Virus record (IMG/VR): IMGVR_UViG_3300025358_000032
Coordinates: 1-30,583 of that record
DNA length: 30,583 nucleotides
Origin: a virus
Lineage: Duplodnaviria; Caudoviricetes
Strand: one strand, 5' to 3'
Shown here: in pieces, positions 10,061-19,394 of the stretch
Layout: every line of letters starts with the position of its first letter
How positions within the stretch are numbered: position 1 is the first letter of the stretch
The notes under the pieces: generated by a model
Databases searched by the model: none
Seen by the model: only the letters and a program-made list of their open reading frames with translations
What the model was told of the DNA's origin: nothing
Program-made: the position numbers and the translations under genes

Positions 10061-10456
10061 TTATATAGCAGTTGTACGGCTTGCTTCGTTCCAAGTTGTG
10101 CCATCGCTACAGAAAGTAACAAGAATAGCTTTTGATGCCGTTCCTGTGACTGTTCCTGTAACACGGAAACCTGTTGAGAAAGTAATTGTACGTGCTCCAG
10201 AAGAATCGTTGTTAATTTGAATAACAAGACGTGCACCAGCTTGTGGTACGTATGCAGCAGTTAATGTTGAGTTACCAACTGCTGAAGTCGTGTTAATAGC
10301 AATAAAACGTGTGCTCTGTAAGTATGGTGCTAATTCGATTGAAGAAGCATAAGTAGGAGTAATACCAGTTCCTGATACGCCTGCTACGGTTACTCCAGAA
10401 CCTGTGATCTGTGCTGTAAAGTCTGGATTTGGTGAAAATGCTGTATTTTGTGCCAT
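10061..10456 (-). CDS. Small beta-rich virion protein (head fibre/decoration-like)
   Basis: 131 aa, T/S/G/A-rich; 'NNDSSGARTITFSTGF...VTFCSDGTTWNE' resembles C-terminal beta-sandwich domains of phage fibres. Confidence 0.5.
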   Translation of the reverse strand: MAQNTAFSPNPDFTAQITGSGVTVAGVSGTGITPTYASSIELAPYLQSTRFIAINTTSAVGNSTLTAAYVPQAGARLVIQINNDSSGARTITFSTGFRVTGTVTGTASKAILVTFCSDGTTWNEASRTTAI

Positions 10457-10478
10457 GTTGTAAGTTGGGGGACGAGGG

Positions 10479-10793
10479 TTAACTTAGGAGATGTTCTGGT
10501 ATTGTCAATGCCTCACCATCAATAACACCATTGATATCACGTAAGCGACCACAGATAAACATATTACCCTCATAAATAAATTTCTCACCCCATGATTCGG
10601 ACACATGAATAATGCTTCCGACAGGTGCCATTTCTTTAGATAAGGGTCCAGATCCTACTACAACGCATCTAAAATGCGTTCTTAGTGCTTGTTGATAGTT
10701 TGGTGGAATGATCAGCAATCCTTGTTTATTAGTTTCCTCAACTGGTCTGGCAATCAAGTTGTCCTTTAAAGGACGTGGTATTTTCATCTTCAT
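10479..10793 (-). CDS. groES: GroES/Cpn10-like co-chaperonin
   Basis: 'RPLKDNLIARP', mobile loop 'TNKQGLLIIP', 'VVVGSGP', 'VGSIIH...G....EG......DINGVI' follow the Cpn10 pattern. Confidence 0.8.
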   Translation of the reverse strand: MKMKIPRPLKDNLIARPVEETNKQGLLIIPPNYQQALRTHFRCVVVGSGPLSKEMAPVGSIIHVSESWGEKFIYEGNMFICGRLRDINGVIDGEALTIPEHLLS

Positions 10794-11785
10794 TATCTCA
10801 TTCCTCTCTTACCAGCTTCTTCCATAAGAGACTTGTAACGAGCCTTTGCCATAGCGTTTTGAGGACTAGACGAATTGTAGAAGGCATCGTATAGAGGATT
10901 AGATTTATTATGAGCAATATCACGAGCTTCAGCTAATGGGTTGTTGCCCATGCCAGCCTTAGCTTCACCAGATACAAACTTATCTTCCATTGTGGTCATA
11001 GCATGACGCATAGCCATTAAGAATACATTGCTGTTCTTCATTAATGTTTGATGCTCTGGATTCTGCATATCTAAACCTAAACGCATAGCACCACGCTCTG
11101 CTAATTCTTGTGCTTTGGTTAACGGAATATTCTCGTTACGCAGGGTTGCTTCTAAGTTTTTCTGCTGAGTAGCAAAGAAATTCTTTTCGTATTCTGCTTG
11201 TGCTGCAACTTGCTTTTGTAGCTCTGCGGTTTGTAAAGCTACAAGATCTTTAAGCATCTGCGGTGATGCACTATATTTGTGAGCAATTTCTGCTGCACCC
11301 TTAGCTAGGGACTCATTCCAAAGTTCATTGGCTATGTTTTCTGGTTTTGTGATGCCATAGTCTTTGGGATCTTTAGGTACTCCGTTTATAGAATCGAGGA
11401 GTGCCTTGCGTTCCGCTACAACTTCAGGTGCAGCATTAGCTGGTAAAGGTGCTAGACCTTTTTTACCAGCAAGTGTTTGCTGATTAGCCATCACTGTTAA
11501 TACATCATCAAACGTCTTTTGACGTGCTAATGTATTCTTAAGCGATGTGTGGTGTTCGGGTAAATTGTCTAATGCTTTATGGTTTAGTGTACCATCAGCA
11601 TTAATAAAGCTCTTATAAAATGGTTCTTTAACAGCAGACGCAGTTGTCTGTGTTGCAGGTGCAGTTTGATTAAGAGCAGGTACGTTTGCTTCTACTGGCG
11701 TAGGAGCTAGATTCAAAGCAGGAGCAGATCCACCAGCAGGTGCATCGCCTGTGATTGAATCATACAAAGGCGTGCGTGGGATCAT
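10793..11785 (-). CDS. Capsid scaffolding protein
   Basis: Low-complexity P/A/T N-terminus, 'GVPKDPKDY' motif, helical body and C-terminal 'NPLYDAFYN'; lies between portal and capsid. Confidence 0.75.
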   Translation of the reverse strand: MIPRTPLYDSITGDAPAGGSAPALNLAPTPVEANVPALNQTAPATQTTASAVKEPFYKSFINADGTLNHKALDNLPEHHTSLKNTLARQKTFDDVLTVMANQQTLAGKKGLAPLPANAAPEVVAERKALLDSINGVPKDPKDYGITKPENIANELWNESLAKGAAEIAHKYSASPQMLKDLVALQTAELQKQVAAQAEYEKNFFATQQKNLEATLRNENIPLTKAQELAERGAMRLGLDMQNPEHQTLMKNSNVFLMAMRHAMTTMEDKFVSGEAKAGMGNNPLAEARDIAHNKSNPLYDAFYNSSSPQNAMAKARYKSLMEEAGKRGMR

Positions 11786-12003
11786 GTGGTTTTAGTTTTA
11801 ACAGCTTTAACTTCTTTATCTATTTGTTCTGTTTCTTTTACTACTTCCAAATGCTCTTTTCTTTCTTCAAACATAGCTAACGCTAGTTTAAATGCCATAG
11901 CTGAACAGTCTTTGTAATCTTGTTCACGAGAGAAATCAAATTTCTCACGAAATGCTACCATAGCAGAAATTGCTGCTTTATCTTTAAAATCTTGATCGCT
12001 CAT
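11782..12003 (-). CDS. Hypothetical protein
   Basis: 73 aa ORF coupled to both neighbours by 4-nt overlaps; 'AAISAM....AFKLALAMFEER' resembles a common small phage protein. Confidence 0.6.
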   Translation of the reverse strand: MSDQDFKDKAAISAMVAFREKFDFSREQDYKDCSAMAFKLALAMFEERKEHLEVVKETEQIDKEVKAVKTKTT

Positions 12004-12638
12004 AGGTCATCGTCTCCATCTGTGATTGAATTGTTACCGACTATTTCGTCTTGCGTAAATACTATCGAACATTTGCGAGTACCAATTAATTGGTCATCTA
12101 ATGTTACTACGTGCATCTCGTAATTGATTGCACCTGTACTCCACGTCTTTGCACCTTGCTGAATTTTCTCAAGGTTGTTATCATCTGCCGTATTACGATC
12201 ATCACGAATAATAGGAATCAGACGTTTTACAGTAGCTCTACGTGGTTCACCGTACTGATCTAGTAACACACCAAAACGTGCATAGAATTGTTGTGGCTTA
12301 TATTTCAATTCCCACTTGTTAAATGCCTCATCATCTTCACCGAGCAACTTGTTACGTTTAGGTGGTGGTGGTGTATTAGCTTTAACTTCATCACGCTTCT
12401 GACCTTTGATGCTAATTTCTTTAATCTTACGTTCAGAAACCTGACGACCATCTCCAATAGTACCAATCAATACTGAAATACGTTGACCGTGCTTTGCAGA
12501 TATTTCTTTGGATTCATACTGTAGATGACCAGTTTCTTGGTCATACGTAGCAAGCAGGGTTTGTTTACCTCTGCGATTATTGACTATCTTACCGTCGTCC
12601 AAGAGTTCAAACTCTGGAGCTGCTGTAGCATCTGGCAT
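12000..12638 (-). CDS. Hypothetical protein
   Basis: 212 aa ORF tightly packed in the head operon; no motif recognised. Confidence 0.65.
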   Translation of the reverse strand: MPDATAAPEFELLDDGKIVNNRRGKQTLLATYDQETGHLQYESKEISAKHGQRISVLIGTIGDGRQVSERKIKEISIKGQKRDEVKANTPPPPKRNKLLGEDDEAFNKWELKYKPQQFYARFGVLLDQYGEPRRATVKRLIPIIRDDRNTADDNNLEKIQQGAKTWSTGAINYEMHVVTLDDQLIGTRKCSIVFTQDEIVGNNSITDGDDDL

Positions 12639-12641
12639 ATA

Positions 12642-12962
12642 TTACCTTTTAGTTATGGGTTGTGGCTTTGGTTCTGTAACCTTTTGAGAAAGTTGTAACT
12701 GTCTTTCAATCACTCGTAGTATTGAAGATGCACCATCACGATGTGCTGCTGCTAATGCAATCTTGTATCCGTCTGCTTCTGAAAACTGAAATATGTTTCC
12801 GCTTTCACCTGCACACCTGCGTAGATGTTCTATAACATCATTCTGTGCTTGTGAGCGGTGTCCTTCGATACCAATAACCTGCAAGAAAGAATCTGCTATC
12901 CTTCCTTGCTCGATTTTGGTTTGTGCTAGTGGGTCTGTCTTATCAAGTGTGGCTTTTGACAT
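12642..12962 (-). CDS. Portal-adjacent protein (Bbp19-like)
   Basis: 'VIEHLRRCA....F.....ALAAAHRDGASSILRVI' resembles the small protein following the portal in BPP-1-like phages; synteny agrees. Confidence 0.55.
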   Translation of the reverse strand: MSKATLDKTDPLAQTKIEQGRIADSFLQVIGIEGHRSQAQNDVIEHLRRCAGESGNIFQFSEADGYKIALAAAHRDGASSILRVIERQLQLSQKVTEPKPQPITKR

Positions 12963-12970
12963 TATTGGGT

Positions 12971-14659
12971 TTATTGCTGCATGGCGTTCTTAGCAGCATC
13001 TTGTACGAAATCAGGTGATCCACCTAATCCCTTACCAGCTTTACCAAGTTGTTCAGCAGCTTGGAGAGCCTGTTGTTGCTGTTGTAACTTCATGCGTTGT
13101 TGACGTATTGCTGCAACGGAACGTTCATCTCGGAATAAATCTGCGTTCATTCCTGAGTTCATGGCGTAGTTCCGCATCATTTTATCTAAATCAAAGTTAT
13201 CTGCCACTTCTGGCTTGAATTGCATAATAGGCTGTAAGAACTGTACTGCTTGTTCAGTACCACGATTCTGTAATGCCTTTAATGCAAGACTGATTCTGCT
13301 TGTAATTGTGATTTCAGGTAAGGCTAAACCTTTTGTATTAACACCAGATTGTACAAGTAATGACTCTGGAGCCTGACCAAACTTACCCTGACGATATAAA
13401 ATACCAAATACTCTGCGTAGTAATGGGTTTAAAAATTCTGTTACACGGCGGTCAAATACTGGTGTGAACTGTTCTAGTTTTTCTGCAAGACGCTGCGAGA
13501 TTTCATAGGCAGTCATCTTCTTATCAATAAGAGGATCTGAACCTAGCATCTTAAACATAGGAACGAAGAACGCTTCGTTAATCATTTCCTTCTTATTAGC
13601 GATTAACTCCATGCCCATCTTGTAATCGCCTATTGTAGCCCATTCTGCTGGCCTACCATTGGGTTCGTTGATATCCCAAGTAGTAACACCGCCTGCACGT
13701 AAATCAACGTCACCATCAAGGTTTGAAGGCACTAGAATACGTGGGTATGCTTTTAGTTCTGCTAAAGCATCTGTGTATTGTGTGATGTAATTGATCTGAC
13801 GTACATCTGGTAATGCTAAGTAAGCAGGTGAATATCCCCAAGGACTATCTGTACCCCACTTTGAGAAACGGCTTACAAGGTAAGGCATTTCATCATAGCC
13901 ACCAACACTAACGCACTGACTGAAATCCATTGAGATATAAACAGATGCTATTGGTTTATTAGCACCGTCTTGTCTCTCAGGTAAGCGTGATGAATCTTCA
14001 CGAGGGAATACTGCGTGTACAAACTTAAAGTCACGATCCATTCCCTTACCGCCTTTGACTGCTTGCTGCATCTTTTCAGGCAGATTCTCCTCACCAAACA
14101 TCTGTATAGCTTGGCGACCTGTTAATTTAAATTCACGACGTACTGTATCAACAATACCTTCATCATTTTCTTCGATGGTATATGTTCCTACTTTTGTATT
14201 ACGGAAATTGAGTGAAGCAGTTTTACCTTCTTCACAGAAAATACAATCAGTACCAAAGATGCCTACGTGTAAGTAACCAATGTTTACAACGGAATAAAAG
14301 TTAGAACGAGCTAACTCCTGCATGGTAATATCACTGGCACGGCCTAACCAAATAGCAGCATCATCACCTTCCTGACGCATTGGCATCGGTGGTTCAAATT
14401 GTGCCCACGGTTCACTTGATGGTGTTAGCCAATTACGTTGACCAGCAGCCATTGTTTGTGCTGCTAGAATTGCGGTCGTATCAAAAATGCGGTCTGTCCA
14501 GCCTGTTACACCTTCGGTCTTAGTAACGTTGATATCAGACTCTTGAGGTAAAAAGTATTGAGAGATCGTTTGCCAATCAGAATCGAATATAGCTGAACGC
14601 TTGCTGCGTCCAGATTCGTACTTGTTTAGCTGCTCCTTGGCTAATAGATCTGTTGCCAT
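12971..14659 (-). CDS. Portal (head-to-tail connector) protein
   Basis: 562 aa: 'WQTISQYFLP', 'IFDTTA', 'LTPSSEPW', 'LARSNFY', 'GYDEMPYLVSRF...WGYSPAYLALPD', 'MTAYEISQR..EKL'. Confidence 0.93.
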   Translation of the reverse strand: MATDLLAKEQLNKYESGRSKRSAIFDSDWQTISQYFLPQESDINVTKTEGVTGWTDRIFDTTAILAAQTMAAGQRNWLTPSSEPWAQFEPPMPMRQEGDDAAIWLGRASDITMQELARSNFYSVVNIGYLHVGIFGTDCIFCEEGKTASLNFRNTKVGTYTIEENDEGIVDTVRREFKLTGRQAIQMFGEENLPEKMQQAVKGGKGMDRDFKFVHAVFPREDSSRLPERQDGANKPIASVYISMDFSQCVSVGGYDEMPYLVSRFSKWGTDSPWGYSPAYLALPDVRQINYITQYTDALAELKAYPRILVPSNLDGDVDLRAGGVTTWDINEPNGRPAEWATIGDYKMGMELIANKKEMINEAFFVPMFKMLGSDPLIDKKMTAYEISQRLAEKLEQFTPVFDRRVTEFLNPLLRRVFGILYRQGKFGQAPESLLVQSGVNTKGLALPEITITSRISLALKALQNRGTEQAVQFLQPIMQFKPEVADNFDLDKMMRNYAMNSGMNADLFRDERSVAAIRQQRMKLQQQQQALQAAEQLGKAGKGLGGSPDFVQDAAKNAMQQ

Positions 14660-14662
14660 GTG

Positions 14663-14896
14663 TTATCCTAACTTTGGGGTAGTAGCAGTTGGGGCAGTTC
14701 CAGCACCTGGCATACCTTTGTAACCGCCAGTATCACCAGCGAATACGGTTTTCTTGATAGATTTTTTCATCAAGTTCTGCTGTGCAACATCTTGCTGTGC
14801 CTGTATGACCTCTGCTGATGATGTAGTCACAGGTGGTGCAGTCACTGGTGTTGGTGCTGCTTGTACTGCTGCTGCTGGTGATCCTCCGCCTGCCAT
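14663..14896 (-). CDS. Small pre-portal virion/assembly protein
   Basis: 77 aa, MAGGGSP..P-rich start and 'KLG' end, typical of the small gene before podovirus portals. Confidence 0.6.
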   Translation of the reverse strand: MAGGGSPAAAVQAAPTPVTAPPVTTSSAEVIQAQQDVAQQNLMKKSIKKTVFAGDTGGYKGMPGAGTAPTATTPKLG

Positions 14897-14900
14897 AGTA

Positions 14901-15269
14901 TTAAGTGGTTAAAAATTGTGCTAAACGCTGTAAATCTTCAGTTTTATAGAATCTTAGCTCCCTTTTATTGTCAATAATGCGTTCAAAAGCTATCCAAGGG
15001 AGTGGAAATGGCATGGAATTGAAGGCTTTTGTCATGTTTCCAGACATGGCAAATATGTACCAACAGTCAGAATCTTGTGTATCAAATACGTGTTCGCAGT
15101 CTGCTATTTCGTTTGGCGGTGCATAACGACGGCAATTCTTGCCCATCATAAAGTAATCTGGAGTATTAAACACAAAACCGTTACGTAAATGCCATTCAAG
15201 ATAGTCCGCAAATGGTGCTTCTTGTGGCTTTTTGAGGTAAAATTCTACCATTGTATCGTATGGACTCAT
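14901..15269 (-). CDS. Hypothetical protein (possibly GNAT-like)
   Basis: 122 aa with 'GFVFNTPDYFMMG', 'DCWYIFAMSG', 'FPLPWIAFER'; coupled to the tailspike gene. Confidence 0.6.
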   Translation of the reverse strand: MSPYDTMVEFYLKKPQEAPFADYLEWHLRNGFVFNTPDYFMMGKNCRRYAPPNEIADCEHVFDTQDSDCWYIFAMSGNMTKAFNSMPFPLPWIAFERIIDNKRELRFYKTEDLQRLAQFLTT

Positions 15270-17407
15270 GGGAAATAAGTAGGCGTTGTATTCTTTGTAG
15301 GCGGATTAGTTGTGCCTGATAGGTATAGATTACCTGAGCCACCTACTAGAGTTGATGATGTTAAACCGCTATTAAGGTTATATGTAGGTGCAGTCTTACC
15401 CCATACAATAGAATTACCCATTACAAAAGTTTGTATCTGACCATCTACAACTATTCCGTATGTAGGTGTATAGTCGCTATAGCCTATGCCGTTCCATTGA
15501 ATGTTACCTGTTAACGAGCAGTTGCTAATCATTAACGCCTCACTCTTGTATGAGCTATCTGAGTAAGCATACACGCTAAACGAGAACGCTGGGATAGGTC
15601 CCATGCTTTGAAAGTTAGTTGTATCGCTAGAAGGTGGTGTTGTGCTGGTAAATGACGAGCTTGCTTTGCAATAATAATTGTATCCTGAATAGCTATAGAT
15701 TTGTCCAGGGTTTGCCGTAATACCAGAAGTCCAAGCACCAACATTGGTTAGCTTTAATGAATTACAACCTTGTGCGTTTACAATCATTACTGACGGCACT
15801 TTTGAAATTAAGAACTGGCCTAGTGTGGCTACGCTAATGATGTTACTAAAATTAAACCTCATTGCGTTAACGTAATTGCCGTTTGTAGCGATTACGGCTA
15901 CATTACCATAATCAAGGTATAGGTTACTGAACGTCCAGCCTTCTACGCTACCTGTACCGCCTGCTGTGTCAGATCCTTGTAAATATAACGAACAAGACAA
16001 CGGATCGTACGGATAACCAACCGCACCAAATAAGCAGTTGTCCATTACGCACTCATTAACTGCACCTGTATCATTACTGATTTGTACGGCACATGGGATT
16101 GTTTCAGCTATACCTGATCCCACTGTAGCAGTACCGCTAGCAGGCACGGCATAGATTGGAGTAGCTTTAGCAACTACGGCAGAGCTTGTAACGCTAGTGA
16201 TTCTCCAGAAGCCATTGTATGCTGGAGATCCCATATTCTTTAAAACTATAAAATCATCTGCAAAGAATCCTGTGGTCGATGAAAGGTTAACTGTTACATA
16301 CGTTCCGTCTGAGGTTACAGACGTTGGCGTGTATTTATAACGTGCCCCACCTCCACCGAATCCACAGTTGGTTATGGTAGCTGATGTACACGTACCTTCC
16401 ATGATAAACGCAGGTGCTGTGTTGTCGCTATTACGTATGTTAACACTGTTCATCGTTACGCCCGATGCTACGGAATGTAACAACACGCCACAGTTAGCTG
16501 CTGATTGTAATGTAGAGTTCTGTAAGTTAAAACATGAGCCTGTGAATAGCATACCATCACCTGATATGCCGTCTAAGAATATATCCTCGTAGTTACACAA
16601 ACTTGATGCGTCATTACTGCTAACAACATTGATTAGCGGATAACCAAGTGTGCGTGTAACATTGGTCTTAAAACCTATAGCACTCATGGTGAAGTTGCTA
16701 TTGGTTACGTATAGTATGTTAGCCGTTGTGCTATTGGTTATAAACTTGGTTGTGTTGCTACCATCGCCTTGAAAGTGAACCTGCTTGCTTGATACGTTGA
16801 TAGGTCCATCTACGCGGTAGTAGTTACCGTTGCTTGGAAAGTAAACACACGCTCCGTTAGGAACGCTACTAAGCATTGTGTTGATGGCGGATGTTAGGTC
16901 TGTACCGCCAGCTCCTGCTGCAACAATACCAAAGTCATTAACATTATACGCAGGACCATTAACCCATGCTGGTGCTGCTGATGCACTACCTGTACCTGTC
17001 TGTGAAAAATATTGTCTGCGTGATCCTGTATTGCCAGCTAAACGAGTAGCTGTACCTGATGTACCACCATAGATGCTATCACCTAATGTAGTCATAGGAT
17101 TGGTAAGTGTACTAATGCTCGTATTAGTTGCTGATGTTATCTGACCTTGAGCATTAACAGCGATTACTGGAACTGTTGTAGATGATCCGTATGTGTTAGC
17201 AGTAACACCTGTTGTGTTTAAATATACACTTACATTACCTGTTGTAGGACTAGCACCAACTCCTATTGAACCGTTAACGCTAGTAACTGCACCTGTAATT
17301 GTAGTGTTTGTTGTTCCTGTAGCTGGTGTGCTATCAGGTTTAGATCCACCAGCAGTCCTATCTATGGCTTTGGTGTTGCCTGTATTGCTTGTGGGTAAGA
17401 TAGCCAT
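15266..17407 (-). CDS. Tailspike with pectate-lyase-like beta-helix (putative depolymerase)
   Basis: 'YNVNDFGIVA...DLTSAINTML.....VYFPS...Y' pectate_lyase_3 entry motif, then N/G/S/T-rich beta-helix repeats. N-terminal fibre-like repeats (VTSVNG, ANTYGS...VNAQGQIT). Confidence 0.8.
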   Translation of the reverse strand: MAILPTSNTGNTKAIDRTAGGSKPDSTPATGTTNTTITGAVTSVNGSIGVGASPTTGNVSVYLNTTGVTANTYGSSTTVPVIAVNAQGQITSATNTSISTLTNPMTTLGDSIYGGTSGTATRLAGNTGSRRQYFSQTGTGSASAAPAWVNGPAYNVNDFGIVAAGAGGTDLTSAINTMLSSVPNGACVYFPSNGNYYRVDGPINVSSKQVHFQGDGSNTTKFITNSTTANILYVTNSNFTMSAIGFKTNVTRTLGYPLINVVSSNDASSLCNYEDIFLDGISGDGMLFTGSCFNLQNSTLQSAANCGVLLHSVASGVTMNSVNIRNSDNTAPAFIMEGTCTSATITNCGFGGGGARYKYTPTSVTSDGTYVTVNLSSTTGFFADDFIVLKNMGSPAYNGFWRITSVTSSAVVAKATPIYAVPASGTATVGSGIAETIPCAVQISNDTGAVNECVMDNCLFGAVGYPYDPLSCSLYLQGSDTAGGTGSVEGWTFSNLYLDYGNVAVIATNGNYVNAMRFNFSNIISVATLGQFLISKVPSVMIVNAQGCNSLKLTNVGAWTSGITANPGQIYSYSGYNYYCKASSSFTSTTPPSSDTTNFQSMGPIPAFSFSVYAYSDSSYKSEALMISNCSLTGNIQWNGIGYSDYTPTYGIVVDGQIQTFVMGNSIVWGKTAPTYNLNSGLTSSTLVGGSGNLYLSGTTNPPTKNTTPTYFP

Positions 17408-18774
17408 TAGCGGATTGATTTATTCTTCTTCTTTACTGAGTAAGACTGAGGTGAAGGTCCACGCAACACTTTATGTGGTGTATGCCTAGATTCACGAGCA
17501 ACGAACGATGTGCCTTCAATCATACCTAGTCTGTGAGCTTCTGACATAGTCCTAAGTGCATCAGCACCATGACTGAACTCATCATGCACTGGTTTTTCAT
17601 AGATTGTGTCACGATCTGTTTCTTCACGTTTATGGTAGTATTCTAAGCAATCGAGTCCACTGGGTGCACTGTTATCTGTACTTCCAAACGTCTTTGAGCA
17701 GTTGGTTTTGTGGATGTAGCATCGTGGTAAAAGAGAACGAAGTTCATTAATACCGAGCCAGATATCTGGTGTTCTAGGCACGATTGTAATTCTATCCAAT
17801 CCTGCGTTTGTAAGATCTGTACGCCAGCTACCGCCACGTCTGACGTGGTCTGCATCATGTGGTAAGAAGTTCGTTCGTATCGTAGTTCTGTATTTGTCTC
17901 CCCATTCTCTGACTTTGCTTGCATAATGGCCTGTGGTTTGTCCATTTGCTGAATAATAATCTACTAAATTGATGTGCCTGCCTTCCATTTGTACCAGCCA
18001 AATGCAGGTAAAGTCGCTATCACCTACGTCCCAGAATGTATCAAATGGCAGATCGTTATCTGGTTCATAATCTTGGATTTGGTTATTTGCACGCAATTTG
18101 GCAATAGCGTCGCCATAAATAGATCCAGCAATAGCTGCTGAGAAACTACATTCGTATTCACGATTGTATTCAGACTCGTTCATGCTCTTACGAGCAGAGT
18201 CTAATTCATCTTGTGCTATGATCCCTGATCTAGAAGCAGGTAAAATCATGGTGTACCATTCAGGGTCAGAAACTGCTTTGTCATACAATCTATAAAAACT
18301 GTTACGGCCTTTAGGTGTACCAATCCATGTTGCCCAGCCTTTACGGTCTGACAACGCAGGTCTAATAACTGATGACCATACGTTAGGGTCCATGTCAGCA
18401 GGTTCATCTATGATGATACCATCTAGGTATATACCACGCAAGGCTTCCGCATTATCTGATCCATATAACGTTATACGACCATCATTAGGCAGTTTAATGT
18501 GTAACTCAGACTCGGAAACCACACGGCCTGGTATAGGTGCTGTGTATTGTTTCAAGTAATCCCATGCTATAGCTTTGGCCTGTGTCCTATAAGGTGCTAT
18601 GTAAGCGAACCTTGGAGCACGTAATGTGCATTTCATAGCCTCTTTTATCAGCTCATTAATACCAGATACAGTCTTACCTCCACGTCTATGCACAACAAGG
18701 ACAGACCAACGTTGTGATCTGCTATGCCATTGTACAAAGGCTTTACGTGGCGTATAAGGGATTATTATGTTCAA
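17407..18774 (-). CDS. terL: Terminase large subunit (TTG start)
   Basis: Walker A 'VVHRRGGKT', 'LRGIYLDGIIIDE' Walker B, 'IGTPKGRNSFY', nuclease 'WDVGDSD' and 'HDEFSHGADALR'. Confidence 0.95.
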   Translation of the reverse strand: MNIIIPYTPRKAFVQWHSRSQRWSVLVVHRRGGKTVSGINELIKEAMKCTLRAPRFAYIAPYRTQAKAIAWDYLKQYTAPIPGRVVSESELHIKLPNDGRITLYGSDNAEALRGIYLDGIIIDEPADMDPNVWSSVIRPALSDRKGWATWIGTPKGRNSFYRLYDKAVSDPEWYTMILPASRSGIIAQDELDSARKSMNESEYNREYECSFSAAIAGSIYGDAIAKLRANNQIQDYEPDNDLPFDTFWDVGDSDFTCIWLVQMEGRHINLVDYYSANGQTTGHYASKVREWGDKYRTTIRTNFLPHDADHVRRGGSWRTDLTNAGLDRITIVPRTPDIWLGINELRSLLPRCYIHKTNCSKTFGSTDNSAPSGLDCLEYYHKREETDRDTIYEKPVHDEFSHGADALRTMSEAHRLGMIEGTSFVARESRHTPHKVLRGPSPQSYSVKKKNKSIR

Positions 18775-18810
18775 GGGGTAGTGGCGTATCCCTTTAAGTG
18801 TTAAAAGGCT

Positions 18811-19206
18811 TTATTTTGGCTCAGATTGCCAAGAAATGACTAATGGTGCTCCGTCATTACCTGTTAATTCGGTATGTACACGATCACCATACTTCTTTGG
18901 GTTCATTTTGGTTACATACCATTGTCTGGCATGAACTCTCAACTTATCTACTGCAACGTCTTGTGGAGTTGAATTGTCCGCTATTTCAATGATCTCACTT
19001 ACAAGGCTTTCAACACCAGCAATCCTAGCTTTTTCTATAGTTGTTGCAAACTCTGGGTCATCTTTCATCTTATTCCAGAATCTACGAGCAAACGAATGTT
19101 TGTAACTCTTACATACAGAATGAGTTGTCTCACCTGCTGCTAAACGAGCACAGACATCACCTATAACCTTTGGGTTATCTAAATCATCTTCTGGAGGTAT
19201 TACCAT
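18811..19206 (-). CDS. terS: Terminase small subunit
   Basis: 'VCARLAAGET..SVC', 'EIIEIAD', 'KLRVHARQW...KMNPKKYGDR..TELTG.DG.PL' are the Sf6 gp1-like TerS pattern; directly upstream of terL. Confidence 0.9.
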   Translation of the reverse strand: MVIPPEDDLDNPKVIGDVCARLAAGETTHSVCKSYKHSFARRFWNKMKDDPEFATTIEKARIAGVESLVSEIIEIADNSTPQDVAVDKLRVHARQWYVTKMNPKKYGDRVHTELTGNDGAPLVISWQSEPK

Positions 19207-19356
19207 ACGGTATTACTTCTTTGGATTAACAATAGTGTCTAAAATACTGTCGTTAGTGGAAACCATAATACTACGAGTATATGTTTTATAGACGTATGCA
19301 AACGAAAAAAGTTACGTAATTAGGCACCTAATTACTTTAAACATAATATTTAGATA

Positions 19357-19392
19357 TTGACAATGTTATACATTGTATTAACTTGTTATACG
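19357..19392 (+). promoter_or_regulatory. Sigma70-type promoter with overlapping palindromic operator
   Basis: TTGACA-16 nt-TAACTT. The spacer holds the inverted repeat CAATGT-TAT-ACATTG, with another TGTTATAC downstream. Confidence 0.6.
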
Positions 19393-19394
19393 AA

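Noticed and set aside
188-17945. Numerous short antisense or alternate-frame ORFs inside structural genes (e.g. 188-505, 1920-2207, 5424-5669, 17193-17489, 17643-17945)
   Set aside because: Shadows of long codon-biased genes with no recognisable motifs, unlike the nested RusA-frame ORF.
18770-18795. Short hairpin over the terL TTG start (and similarly GCCAC/GTGGC over the phosphoesterase GTG at 23416-23431)
   Set aside because: Only 5-bp stems, which could easily arise by chance.
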